This document shows, piece after piece, positions 48,269-58,985 of a stretch of 64,000 bases of DNA. Made by a program: the position numbers and the translations under genes. Within the stretch, counting starts at the first letter, position 1. Each line of letters starts with the position of its first letter. Under the pieces are notes generated by a model. It saw nothing but the letters and a program-made list of their open reading frames with translations. It did not search any database and was not told the origin of the DNA. The DNA comes from Microthyrium microscopicum (Eukaryota), in the NCBI GenBank assembly GCA_010405405.1, contig MU004241.1, positions 248,001-312,000 of the forward strand, read 5' to 3'.

Positions 48269-49069
48269 ATGAAGTTTTCAGTAATCATCGGCCTTCTCGG
48301 CTCGGTGGCATTAACCAATGCTGCCGCACTGGCGCCTATGGATATGACCACCATGCAGGTGGTCTTTGATCACATTTTCACGGGCCTAGACAAGCTGACC
48401 GAGGACACCCGCTCATACACTGGCGGTGCAGATGGAGTTAAGAAAATCGTATCAGACGCCAACGCCGTCCAAGCAACAGTCATGGACGGTATCAACAAAG
48501 TCAAGGCCAGCAAAGGAATGTACATCGTAGACATTGCGACAATCCTGGGACCAGTCGGCGTAATGGAAAGCCAAGTTCATGAGGCCGTGGATATCATCAA
48601 GTCGAAAAAGAAGGAACTCCAGGCCGCCAATGCCGACAAGGATATTTTGGGACTTCTTACGCAACTGCGAAGCAGTGCTGGTGGATTGGTTGATGTGATT
48701 CTTGCTGGTCTGCCATTGTCTTCAATCGTTGGCCTCGTTGCTCGACCTATCGCAAACACTATCCTCACACGCATCGACGAGGGCATCAAGGAATGGGGAG
48801 GTACTCCAGGTGCTGCTGCCAACCCACCAGTTGGTTCTGCACCAAAGGCGACTGCTGCTGCTGCACCAAAGGCAGCGGCCACACCAAAAGCATCAGGCAC
48901 CGCAGCAGCCCCCAAGGGCATCCTTGGAGGACTATTTGGCGGAAAAGGATCGGCTGCAAAGGCATCTCCGACACCACCAGCAGCGGCCGCACCACCAGCA
49001 GTGTCACCAGCAGCGGCACCAGCACCAGCAGGAATGGCAGGAATGGCAGGCCATGATCATGGGATGTAA
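48269..49069 (+). CDS. Secreted HsbA/Mp1p-like hydrophobic surface-binding or cell-wall protein with Ala/Pro-rich tail
   Basis: Signal peptide; amphipathic helical domain (LDKLTEDTRSYTGG...GINKVKAS...IIKSKKKEL...LTQLRSSAGGLVDVI); C-terminal AP-rich tail ending GMAGMAGHDHGM. Confidence 0.7.
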   Translation: MKFSVIIGLLGSVALTNAAALAPMDMTTMQVVFDHIFTGLDKLTEDTRSYTGGADGVKKIVSDANAVQATVMDGINKVKASKGMYIVDIATILGPVGVMESQVHEAVDIIKSKKKELQAANADKDILGLLTQLRSSAGGLVDVILAGLPLSSIVGLVARPIANTILTRIDEGIKEWGGTPGAAANPPVGSAPKATAAAAPKAAATPKASGTAAAPKGILGGLFGGKGSAAKASPTPPAAAAPPAVSPAAAPAPAGMAGMAGHDHGM

Positions 49070-49660
49070 ACTGTTCGGCAGCAAGCGCAAGAGCTGGAAT
49101 ATGGCTGAATAGTGGACACTGATACCCGCATGATCTATGTTACTGTAACTTAGCATATAGACTAGCACATTTACCACACTTCTGAACACCTCACCCTTCC
49201 AATATCAGTTTCAATTGTGATTTCTCTGGCATTGTCGTTCTTTAGCGAGGCAACGCAATTTTGCTGTGTTTTGTGTTTCTGGCTGAAGAATTAGGCTGGA
49301 AAGTGGAACACATAAATATCAAGTTTTCGTATGCTAAAGGTCTAGAAAAGGTCAGGTAGTGATAATTTGGCAATGGACCTGATGTTCTTACGATGAGTAG
49401 GGAGTTGGAGGATGGCATACAAGACCAAACAGAGACGCGACGATGGCTCAGGGGCAATGTAGAAGGATTGAGTATGCCTTCCTTAGCTCCATTCTATCGC
49501 CCCTATCATGACCCAGCTGCCAGCCACGCTAAACTTGACTTGTTATAACAGGGCGAAACCAAAACGCGACTTCACACCTTGGAGGAGAAGCATTGGTTCT
49601 CATTATTAGTGTTACCAGAGTCTATGCTAAGAGACCGCTGGAAGCTTGTGCTCAATTGCC

Positions 49661-50903
49661 ATGCATAGCCTTCCAGAGCCTACGCTAAGCTTCACCATCC
49701 CTTCTTTACACGACGGCAAGTTTCTGGCATGTCGCATTTATCTTCCAAAGCGCGTCGCGCAGATACAAAGCACCAAGGTTGTTTGTAAATCGTCGCTCTG
49801 AGATTGCGGGCTAATGAACGTCGATCAGAAAGGAGCTATACTGGCGCATCCATATGCACCGCTAGGGGGATCCTTTGACGACCCTGTGGTATCCATTGTA
49901 GGATCGGAGATTCTAAATCATGATCGAATTCTCATGACATTCAATTTTCGGTACTATTAGAGAGCCGTTGCCTTACCTATGTATTGACTGTTCTAACAGA
50001 GGAGCAGGCGATTCTGAGGGTCGCACCAGCTGGACTGCTAAACCAGAGTGCTCGGATTATGCTTCCGTGGCCGGGTTCTTTATTCAATATCTGAGTCGTC
50101 TAGACTTTGAGCCAAAGATCAGCAAGAAACCGTCATTCAATGGTTCATTTGGGCCAGTTGATGTTATAATGGCTGGCTATTCTTATGGATCGATGATCGC
50201 GACTCGATGCCCAGCATTACCATCAATCTTGGCTCCATTCGGATCTTACCTTCCTGGCACATTCCCGGCTGAAGTATCTCTCAGAGCAGCTCATTTAGCC
50301 TCTGAGACTAACGAGGAATATCGCCAGGCCAGGAGCACAACTATACCCAACTCGAGGCAGTCGATAGACCATACCTTGTTGGTCGGTGGGGATGAAGGTA
50401 GCCCTCGCAAGAGTAAAGAGCATCGCAGAAGTATTGACATGCGCAAAAGTCTCGATGTGATGTCTAGACAGATGCACTTACACAAACATAGCCTTCGGAG
50501 TAAGCACAAAGACAAGCCCAAGTCGACGGCGATACCCGAGGTCAGCCAGGACTTTGATTTCCAAATCAAGTTGTCTTATTTACTGATATCGCCGCTTCTT
50601 CCGCCAATATCGACATTTACTGCTCTGTCGTTTCCATTTCACAATGACCATGATATTCACACAAAGAAGCTAACCACCAGCCCCACACTGGCAATCTTTG
50701 GTAGCAAAGACGTTTTCACTGCTTCAAAAAAGCTCAAACTGTGGGGAGAAGGACTTCAAAATGTAAACAGAACGTTTGAGTGGACTGAAGTTGATGGTGC
50801 TGGCCATTTTTGGCGAGAGAGCGGCACGGAAGAGGTGCTTATTGACCGAATTGGCAAATGGATCGCTAGTCTGGACATGACCAAATCAACCGCTTTATTT
50901 TGA
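49661..50903 (+). CDS. Alpha/beta hydrolase (introns 49781-49828, 49951-49999)
   Basis: AHPYAPLGGSFDD, TFNFRGAGDSEG, nucleophile GYSYG, GSKDVF, GAGHFW. Confidence 0.88.
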
Positions 50904-51391
50904 GAGATCAATTGGATTCAAAACATCACAGCCTTAAATTTTTTGGAACCCAGCAATGTCCCCATTGATTGAGACCAAAATGTTCAATTGGGAGTGTGCA
51001 TGTTCAAAGTGCCATCAAACATCTGGAAAGCACTCGGCAGGCATTCGGCACAAGTACAAAGGACACTGCTACTTCTTATCAAACGGAAGGTGCCAGTTCT
51101 TTGTTTGATTTCACAATACAACTTCAAGATTTCGTCTTATTTACAACGAATTACTCGTCCCCCAATTGCGCCATAATTCGCCATCGCCAGCCCTATGGTG
51201 TACCTGCATCTCAACAATGGATGGAGACACCAATATTCATCCACACCCTCATTATGGTCACTTGTATCCCTAACTACTCTTGAATTCCACAATCGCGAGA
51301 TACGCAATCATCCTTCGATTGCTACTATCGCCTACTGTTCAGGAATTCATTCTGGCCAGCCACTTCTCTCAACATCTACTTTCACCTAAAC

Positions 51392-52197
51392 ATGGCACCA
51401 GAACTTCTCATCGACGCTCGCTACAAAACCGTAACGGAAACCATTTCAGCGAGTATTCAAAGCAAACCACCCTTGACTCTGGTTGAAGACCCTTCATTCG
51501 TACCAACCGACTTCCCAATCCTCCAGTTCCAACGAGGCGCATCTGAGCAAGTCAACACATTGCTAACGGAGCACGGCGTACCTTTTCGTCCATCACCTCT
51601 TCTCATCACTTCGCCATACAACCTACCAAACCATCACCTTGATTTAAATCGCCTGGATGATGTTCAAGACCGCGTGCTCACGCTAGCGCTGACATATCTT
51701 GCACCTATCCGAGATGACTACGCCACGGCCGCCTACGAAGAATCATTGAATTGGGACCACATTCGACTGCGCATCAAGCAACTGTCACGTGTCGCCGAAC
51801 AAGCATGGACAAGTCGCGTGTACTACGTTGTCATCTTTCGCTCAAAGCTAAAAGCTGACCACGACCGTCAACTCCTCTGGGATTTGGATCGCGAAAGCCA
51901 TCGTGAGGCTGTCCAGAGCGGTGGATTGCTGAAGTACTGGTTCGGCCAACACGACGACGAGGTTAGAAATCTTGCTACTTGTAAGTCTGGTCATGCATTG
52001 CACTCCTGGAGAGAAGCTAACATTTGGCAGGTGTTTGGCGGAATCGCGAAGATGCGAGAGCTGGTGGCACTGGTCCGTGGCACCAAAAGGCTCGCGCTGC
52101 AGGTCGGAAGCTTTACGATCGGATTGAGTTTTCAATCTGGCGGATGACTATTACCGATGATGCTGATTCCATCTCGTTTGGACCTTGGAGTGATTGA
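51392..52197 (+). CDS. UPF0643-like conserved fungal protein (intron 51981-52030)
   Basis: YYVVIFRS, LDRESHREAVQSGGLLKYWFG, RNLATCVWRNREDA...GPWH. Confidence 0.75.
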
Positions 52198-52647
52198 ACG
52201 TGGCCAACCCTTGTGCTAATTCAGTGTCGTATCTGGACCATGATTGGCTCCTCATTTCTTCATAGGCAATTCCCATCGGCGACGACTCAGTGCGCAACAT
52301 ACATGGCGAACCAGCGGTAATGGTGTTCAAAGCCTATTTGTAGACTTACTTCCTACTTCCGCATTACAGCATAGCGAGCAGTCTTAACTTCATTAGAACC
52401 TACTAAAAGTCTAGAACCATTCATAGAGAATAGAAATTAAGTTATGCATTAACTATGTCTGTTCCTCTCCACAAGTCATATCCAAAGCATATAATCTGAC
52501 TACAAGAGTGACAAGACTGATGCATTCTCATCACTATCTAAGATCAATCACTCATTCTTTCAGTATATAAAGCTAGACCCTGCCCACCAGATCGCCCATA
52601 TTTCTTCGTTCCCACCAAAAATTGTTATCAACCAAGTAGCCAGACTC

Positions 52648-52965
52648 ATGTGTATCGCAATCGGCTTCAGAAACGGAATTGGACCCCATAACGGGCGCAC
52701 ATTCATCCGCATAGCGGCTTTCTGCGACTCTCATAGGACTACTGGTCAGGCGTGCCAGCTGCGGTACTGCGATTTCTATGATACAGAGCTTGTTTATGAA
52801 GGCGAGGCCAGACCAGAGCAGGTGTCAACGAACGGCGCCCAGGGGGTACCAGAAAGCTCACAAGCAACAGAAGGCACTTCTTCATCCTCAGACTCAAGCT
52901 CGGATCCAGATATAATGACGAACGGCAATACAAACGGCTTTGTTCGTCTTCAGCATCGGGATTAA
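52648..52965 (+). CDS. Small orphan ORF (105 aa)
   Basis: ATG-initiated ORF with TATATAAA at 52564-52571; Cys-containing N-half, acidic/Ser-rich C-half; no recognisable motif. Confidence 0.4.
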   Translation: MCIAIGFRNGIGPHNGRTFIRIAAFCDSHRTTGQACQLRYCDFYDTELVYEGEARPEQVSTNGAQGVPESSQATEGTSSSSDSSSDPDIMTNGNTNGFVRLQHRD

Positions 52966-53519
52966 GCATTGCGTAGTCTGTCTAGCAAATCATGACATTA
53001 TCGCCACCATATGACTCGCGTGAAGCCCTGCTAGAGGGAAGCATAACATACCTTGCGGCACAGCTGGATATAGGATTTCTGTAAGATGTCTAGCTAGCTT
53101 TATTAAAGAAGTACAATTGTGGAGAGCTTATGATTTGGATACTATTAATAAAACGAAATTGCGTCAACACAATGAGGCTCAAGTTAGATCGAACAGGCCA
53201 ATGAGCCCTTCGGTAGCTAAGTTGGAAAGAGGATCAATATATAGTTTTCAGAGTCTTTGTTCTCTACCTGGCCCTTGGGTTGATCAATTGTCAAATCGGA
53301 TCTATTCCCCACAGTGAATTATATTTCGGATAATCCGGTGCTCTGGGTTCAGAAAGGATGTTATGTCATATCATCAATGTCTATAGCATACATGAGAAAT
53401 ATTTTCGAAATCCGTAACTTCATTTTGCTGTGATTTTCTCACATATCAGCCTACCTTTGAACTCGTCGCCAGTGATATCGTTCTTTTTGCTTCATATTGA
53501 AGATATTCAGACAGCACAG

Positions 53520-54992
53520 ATGAAGTCCAAAACTCTCAGTGGAGCTCTGCTCTCTGCGTTAAGCGTCACGGTAGCCAGTCAAGCCAACGATGCTTCTGGT
53601 GGACTTGTTGTGGATGTGGCCCCTCAGACTTTGAGGCCATATGTTATTCGGAATCTTCATGGCGCAACTGTGGCAGTGGGAGATCAGATATATCGCTTCC
53701 CAGTTACGGGCAATTCATCCGCTGGAGCTTTCACATTAATGCAGACGTAAGTAAATTTCCCACATGATCAATTCCAAGGTTCCTTCATAAGTATTCAAGC
53801 TTTATACTCTACTCGCAAGGTATCAATTGAGTGCTCAATGCAGATAATATTCTGCCAACCTTCTGTCTTATATATTGGTTTTGTTCTAACAGCTCTATAG
53901 AAATGCACCAGAGTCCGATCAATTAGGAGTGTTACCTCACTTACACAAGACGCATTATGAGAACTTCTACTGTTCCAAAGGTAGAGTTCAGGTCTGGGCT
54001 CAGAAGAACGAGACTGGTGAACAAGCTCGAGTTCTCACTCAGGGCGATTATGGTGGCGTGTAAGGCTTCCCAATTCGCAGCTTTGCATCCAGACATTCCT
54101 TCTCCCGACCCTTGACCTATGTCATTTAGATATTGCTGAAAGCATCAACACCATGATACTCTTGAAGTCGCATGCCACTTTCCAGTACTAACATCTTTGA
54201 GGCCTCAAAACACAATCCACACATTCCAAATGACCGACCCCGATACTCAACTCACTGGAGTCATCTCGCCTGGCGGGTTTGAAAAGCTGTTCTTTACTAT
54301 CGGCGACCCATCCTTCAAGACATCCACTGGAACTCCCTTTGTACCAGGGCCTGCTCCTCCAGGAATGGGTACGATATCACTTTATGATTTTGAGTTGTCG
54401 AAGCTAACAGTTACTAGACCCAGGCGCAAATCCTGGATTGATCGGAGCTCTCCAGCAACTAGATGTTTATGCGCAATTCCAGTACAATCCACGTCGTGAC
54501 TTTGTCAATGGCTCAGCCGGCAGTGGTGTCTGGCATAACGGCAAGAACACGCTTGCTCTCAACGAGAAGACCCCCAACTTCATTGCTAAGAACTACGGCC
54601 CCAAGTATCTGAATACTGAGAACGGCTATAAAGTTATTGCTCCGCTCGCAACTGGTAAACAAACCGGAAACAACTTCACCATGGGCACTATCACGATGAG
54701 CCCCAAATTGGCAAATCTTACCGAGAATCAGATCACACCATCTCAACATTTGGCTTTCCAAATCGAAGAAGGTCAATTGGTCGTTAATGTGAAGGGCCAG
54801 GTAGCCACTTTGATATTTGGTGATGTTGTTTTCGTCCCGAGCGGAACTCCTTTCTCGTACTTCGCGTCGGTGCCGTTCACCAAGTTCTTGTACGTCAGCG
54901 CTGGAGGAAATGGCTTGGATGCTCAGCTTCTACAAAAGAGTGCTCCTTGGAACTATACGACTTATCCCACATACGCGGGATATAAAGTGTGA
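53520..54992 (+). CDS. Secreted quercetin 2,3-dioxygenase (bicupin); introns 53747-53900, 54060-54201, 54369-54417
   Basis: Signal peptide; YRFPVTGNSS; VLPHLHKTHYENFY (His-x-His...Glu) and NTIHTF metal ligands; second cupin GDVVFVPSGTPF. Confidence 0.9.
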
Positions 54993-55107
54993 GGAGCTTG
55001 ATAGTTATTAATAAATCTCAAACTTGTACTCTCTCAGTGTATGAGTCTTCATTCCATTCATATTATCTTTCGAACCATCCATGATGAGTGCATTGAATCC
55101 TTTACTT

Positions 55108-55839
55108 TCAACCACAGCAGTAAGTGATCTCGCGGTCTTCTGCATTTTGTCCACCACTCAAAGGATACCAACTGAAAATGAAGGAGCCGATGAAAGCGCC
55201 AATGAATATGCAGATAATGATGTAACCGTTGTAGTACATGGCCAAAAGCATGATGATATAAGCCACTGCGAATTGGAGCATATGAAGTAGAGCTCGTATG
55301 GCTTGTTGCACGATGGTTGGTGTGGTTGATACAGCTGTTGGGCGGGTAGAAGCAGAGACAAACTTGCCGTCATCGCTGCCTTGAGTGACGGTTGGCATGT
55401 TGGCTGCGTGTTTTGTGGCAGAGCGAACAATGTAGCTGTCATACTCCTTTGACGCTCTTCGAAGTGCTTCAAGAACGATAACCAGCAGGATAGTTCCGAT
55501 GCAAGAGCCTGCGAACATGCCCTTGGACGTAATGTGCCAGCTTGACGATAGGAAACCTTGGAAGCGTCAGTATATTCGAGCTCTATTGCATAAATTGAGC
55601 TTTCGGATATGGACTTACAGGCATCAATGGTGTACCAATTCCACAACATCTAGTACAGCGTAAGGGGATATTCAGACTGGTCGCAGTCAGTTTCAACTTA
55701 CGGATATCTTGCACGCTGATGCGCCTCCCATACCTCCCATACCCTCCATACTCATTGCTGTTGAAGTTGTGGCAGCTGCAGCTGAAGCTGTCCCGGTTGT
55801 GCTCATGGCCATTGTCATGGTACTCGAGCCCATGTCCAT
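55108..55839 (-). CDS. Ctr-family copper transporter (introns 55650-55701, 55557-55618)
   Basis: Met-rich N-terminus, CKISMLWNWYTIDACF, MFAGSCIG, MLLAM (MxxxM), GAFIG, C-terminal CCG. Confidence 0.93.
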
Positions 55840-55961
55840 TCTAAGAAGATAAGGGTTAAAGGAAAATTAATGTTGTTGGTATATTGAAGAGTTGATGGTG
55901 GTAAATGGTACTGGCGGGTCGACGTAAGCTAAATTGCGTTGTGGTGCCGCATAGGTGACCG

Positions 55962-55968
55962 TTTGCTC
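55962..55968. promoter_or_regulatory. Candidate copper-response element (TTTGCTC) upstream of the Ctr gene
   Basis: Matches the core of the yeast Mac1 CuRE ~120 nt upstream of the ATG; TGTGCTCA also at 56898-56905. Confidence 0.4.
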
Positions 55969-57016
55969 TTATTTATGCTTCTTCAATGCTTCCTCAAGCT
56001 GCGTGCAACCTGCATGGCTCCTTCTCGCTTGAGCAGGTTACTTCCCACATGAACATGATAATTGGCAGGCTCCTTCCTCATCCTCCAGATGTCGCTTCGT
56101 CTTGGCCAAAATGGAAGTCAGGTCACTCGTTTTCAGGTGCCCATAATTCCTCTAGAAATGCAAGAACAGCGAGCATGGCAGACATTTCACGAAATGTTGA
56201 GCTAGTTTGAGAATATTTCTTATGCAGAGGATGCAGGACTAGTGTAAAATCCAAGCATTGAGGAGCTTCCTGTCAGCACAGTTGGAACCAATCTCAACAG
56301 CCTCCTGCCTGGTTGGTTCCTGTCGAACAAGGATTAGGAGACGTCCTGAGCCTTTCAAGCACTCGGGATTTGCTATGAGCTAATTATTTATCTTGGCACC
56401 TCCCGATCATAGGGGCAAAACTCATTATGGTGTCTTCAATACCACTTCACGCGGTTATTTTCTTACTCGCGATCTTCGAAGCGGATGAAATCAGGATAAC
56501 CGACGGGTCAAAGCCAATTATTCGGTCGGTCAATCGGTTGACAGTCCAAAAATAAGAGCATCCTTCGCAGTGGCAAGGCAAACCAATGTACTCGGTGATT
56601 CGACTTGCGTAATCAGAGAGCAGTTATGTGATGAGCGCAACTCAATATTACATAACTGGAACAAACATGTTTGACGGTAATGGGATTAGATTGTTGCCAG
56701 AGGACGTCCTACTTCGAAACGGGCGTTATAATGTAATATTCCAGGCTTTTCATATTGTATTGCGAAAATCACGCTGAAATGAGTCGGAGCTTTTCAGAGA
56801 CATGACTGCTAAACCGTTTGCTGATTTGATCCTAGGGCGTCTTTCGTGAACCGATCTGGTTGTTTCATTTCTCGTGTCGTTGGAGAAGGCGCCGCAATGT
56901 GCTCATGTCTCTGTGCTTGTCTTGCGCCTGTCATAATGTAAAGACAATATGAGTGTATCGCTAGGAGAAGAGCCTTTCAACTGCCAATTTGAATATTCGG
57001 CCATCCATCTGACAGC

Positions 57017-57682
57017 TCATATTGGTTTGGCAACTTTTCTCGCCTCTCGCAATCCTGTCTTTTCATCCAGAACCTCGCGCCAACTAACAGGCACGCATCC
57101 ATTGCCCGCTTCACTCCAAGCAATAACTACTCCATACTCGTTGCCAGCAGTGCTCAAATAATACCCACCTTGATCACCTAGGCTTATCACCACCGCGCGG
57201 ACCACATCACCAACACGGAAACAGTCTCCCAGCTTGACTTTGTCTTTTTCAGTGGCGCGCACATCTTGTGAGCGAATAATACCGCGGAACGAAGTCGCGA
57301 GCGCGCGTGGCTCAAGGGAACCTTCCGTTGGTGTTGACGAGACGTCAGAGTCTAAGCGTGGCAGAGCAGCTGCGCTGGGTGGTACTAAGGCATGAATCGA
57401 GCAGGTGGCCTGCTGGCGCTGGAGCGAGGTGACCTTAGCGTAGACTTGAGCGCCAACAGAAGGAAGAACAGGAGCGGTTTGACGAGATGCTGGACGAAGT
57501 ACAGACACAGATGTACTGCCTTTAGAACGCGTGGTGCTATTGAGAGATGATTTTGCAGTTGAGGCGCGACCTAGTACAGAAGCGGTGATTTGATTGTTCT
57601 GAATATGTGTACCTGGGCCGGGTGTTGCTTTGCCAGCCGGTACCAGTAATGCGCCAGGAAGGAGTATGTCAAGGTTCGACAT
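57017..57682 (-). CDS. CSL4: Exosome cap subunit Csl4
   Basis: PGPGTH, LPSVGAQVYAKVT, FRGIIRSQDVRATEKDKVK, FRVGDVVRAVVISLGD, YYLSTAGNEYGV, EARKVAKP. Confidence 0.95.
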   Translation of the reverse strand: MSNLDILLPGALLVPAGKATPGPGTHIQNNQITASVLGRASTAKSSLNSTTRSKGSTSVSVLRPASRQTAPVLPSVGAQVYAKVTSLQRQQATCSIHALVPPSAAALPRLDSDVSSTPTEGSLEPRALATSFRGIIRSQDVRATEKDKVKLGDCFRVGDVVRAVVISLGDQGGYYLSTAGNEYGVVIAWSEAGNGCVPVSWREVLDEKTGLREARKVAKPI

Positions 57683-57793
57683 ATTCGCTAATATCTAGAT
57701 TTGAAAATTCGTTTGCACATGATGTGTAGTGCAATAATGTTGGAAGTTTAGTTGATGCCAAGGCGCTAACGGCTGCACACATGGCATCTGGCG

Positions 57794-57827
57794 TTTCAGC
57801 CTCGCTTTCAGCCTTGCTTTCAGCCTT
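57794..57827. repeat. Three-copy 12-bp tandem repeat (TTTCAGCCTYGC)
   Basis: TTTCAGCCT at 57794, 57806, 57818. Confidence 0.8.
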
Positions 57828-58226
57828 ATGATGCCAACTTCTTGCAATTGTAGCCCACAATAGCCATCACCAGAATGAGAAACAAATAGCCAATATTAGA
57901 GCAGATTTTAGTAGTGTTCTGCCCAGACCACTATTAGTAATCAGAATCTATCTCTAGTGACATGCAAGACATTGGATGATGTATATAATCAAGCCCTACT
58001 GAAGCCCTTGAAGAACCACTTAATTTGAACTTAGTTTCTCACTTCTTACTCTAAAGCATAAGGCGCCATTGTCATATCAGAAATGGGAATATAGATATAA
58101 TATATTATGCTCCGTGGAAAATCGATGAAAAGTTCCATGCTTCAACCAAGCACTCCATCATTGAACGTAAAAAGAAATTCCAACATTATGTACATTCAGT
58201 GTGTGTGGTATAATATTGTCCTATTT

Positions 58227-58985
58227 CTATGCAGCAGCCTCGGCAGCGGGAGCGGTGGACTTGGGCATTTTAGGCATTTTAGGCATTTTGGGGGCAGCAG
58301 CGGGAGCAGCGCCTTCCTCACCACCAGCACCAACACCTCCCTTGACAAGGTTCGCCAACCAGGTTGCAGCCTCATTGATGGAGGCGCTGCTGTAAGACAA
58401 ATGACCACCGTTGACGTTGAGCCCACCACCGCATACACCGTCCGAGGGGTTGCACCAGACCTTGGACTTGCCAGTTGGGAAGCCGGGAATGTGTCCAGAA
58501 TCCTGCTTGTTACGGGTATCACCGAAGAGAGCGACACCAACAAGCTTGCTCTTGATAGCAGCGTCGAGCTTAGGGACTACGTTGTGCATAACGGCGGCTC
58601 CCTGAGAGTATCCTCCGGCAATGATGATTCCACAGCCGGCAGCTTGCTTGAAAGCATCGTGGCCCTTTTGGATGGAGGCGGCATCTGTCCGTTGAATAGA
58701 TATGTTTGTCATGATAGAAGCGGCATATGCGACAGGAATAGTCTTCATGCCGGGAATTTTGCTTAGAAGAGCACGTTGTAGAGCTGGTCCAATGATGATA
58801 CCCTTTTATCTTGTTAGAACCGCGAATGAAACCAAGAACTTCCCACTTACGATTGGTGATGGTTCAGTGGAACCACGTGCGAACACGAAACATGTTCCTC
58901 CGCCAGCTTGCCGAGACTCCAGACTAGATGGGGCGGCAGCGGCCACGGAGGCCAGCGCAGTGGTGGCAGCGATAGAGAGCTTCAT
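58227..58985 (-). CDS. Secreted cutinase (CE5); intron 58803-58850
   Basis: Signal peptide; FARGSTE; GGYSQGAAVMH; LFGD; CNPSDGVC; HLSY; tail PKMPKMPKMPK. Confidence 0.92.

Noticed and set aside
54058..54201. Possible [D2,3] stwintron in quercetinase intron 2 (internal 54060-54129)
   Set aside because: Two-step splicing would remove two extra exon bases and frameshift the conserved VPQNTIH motif.
57702..57709. RRPE-like TGAAAATT near CSL4
   Set aside because: Partial match only 20 nt from the ATG; too weak to call.
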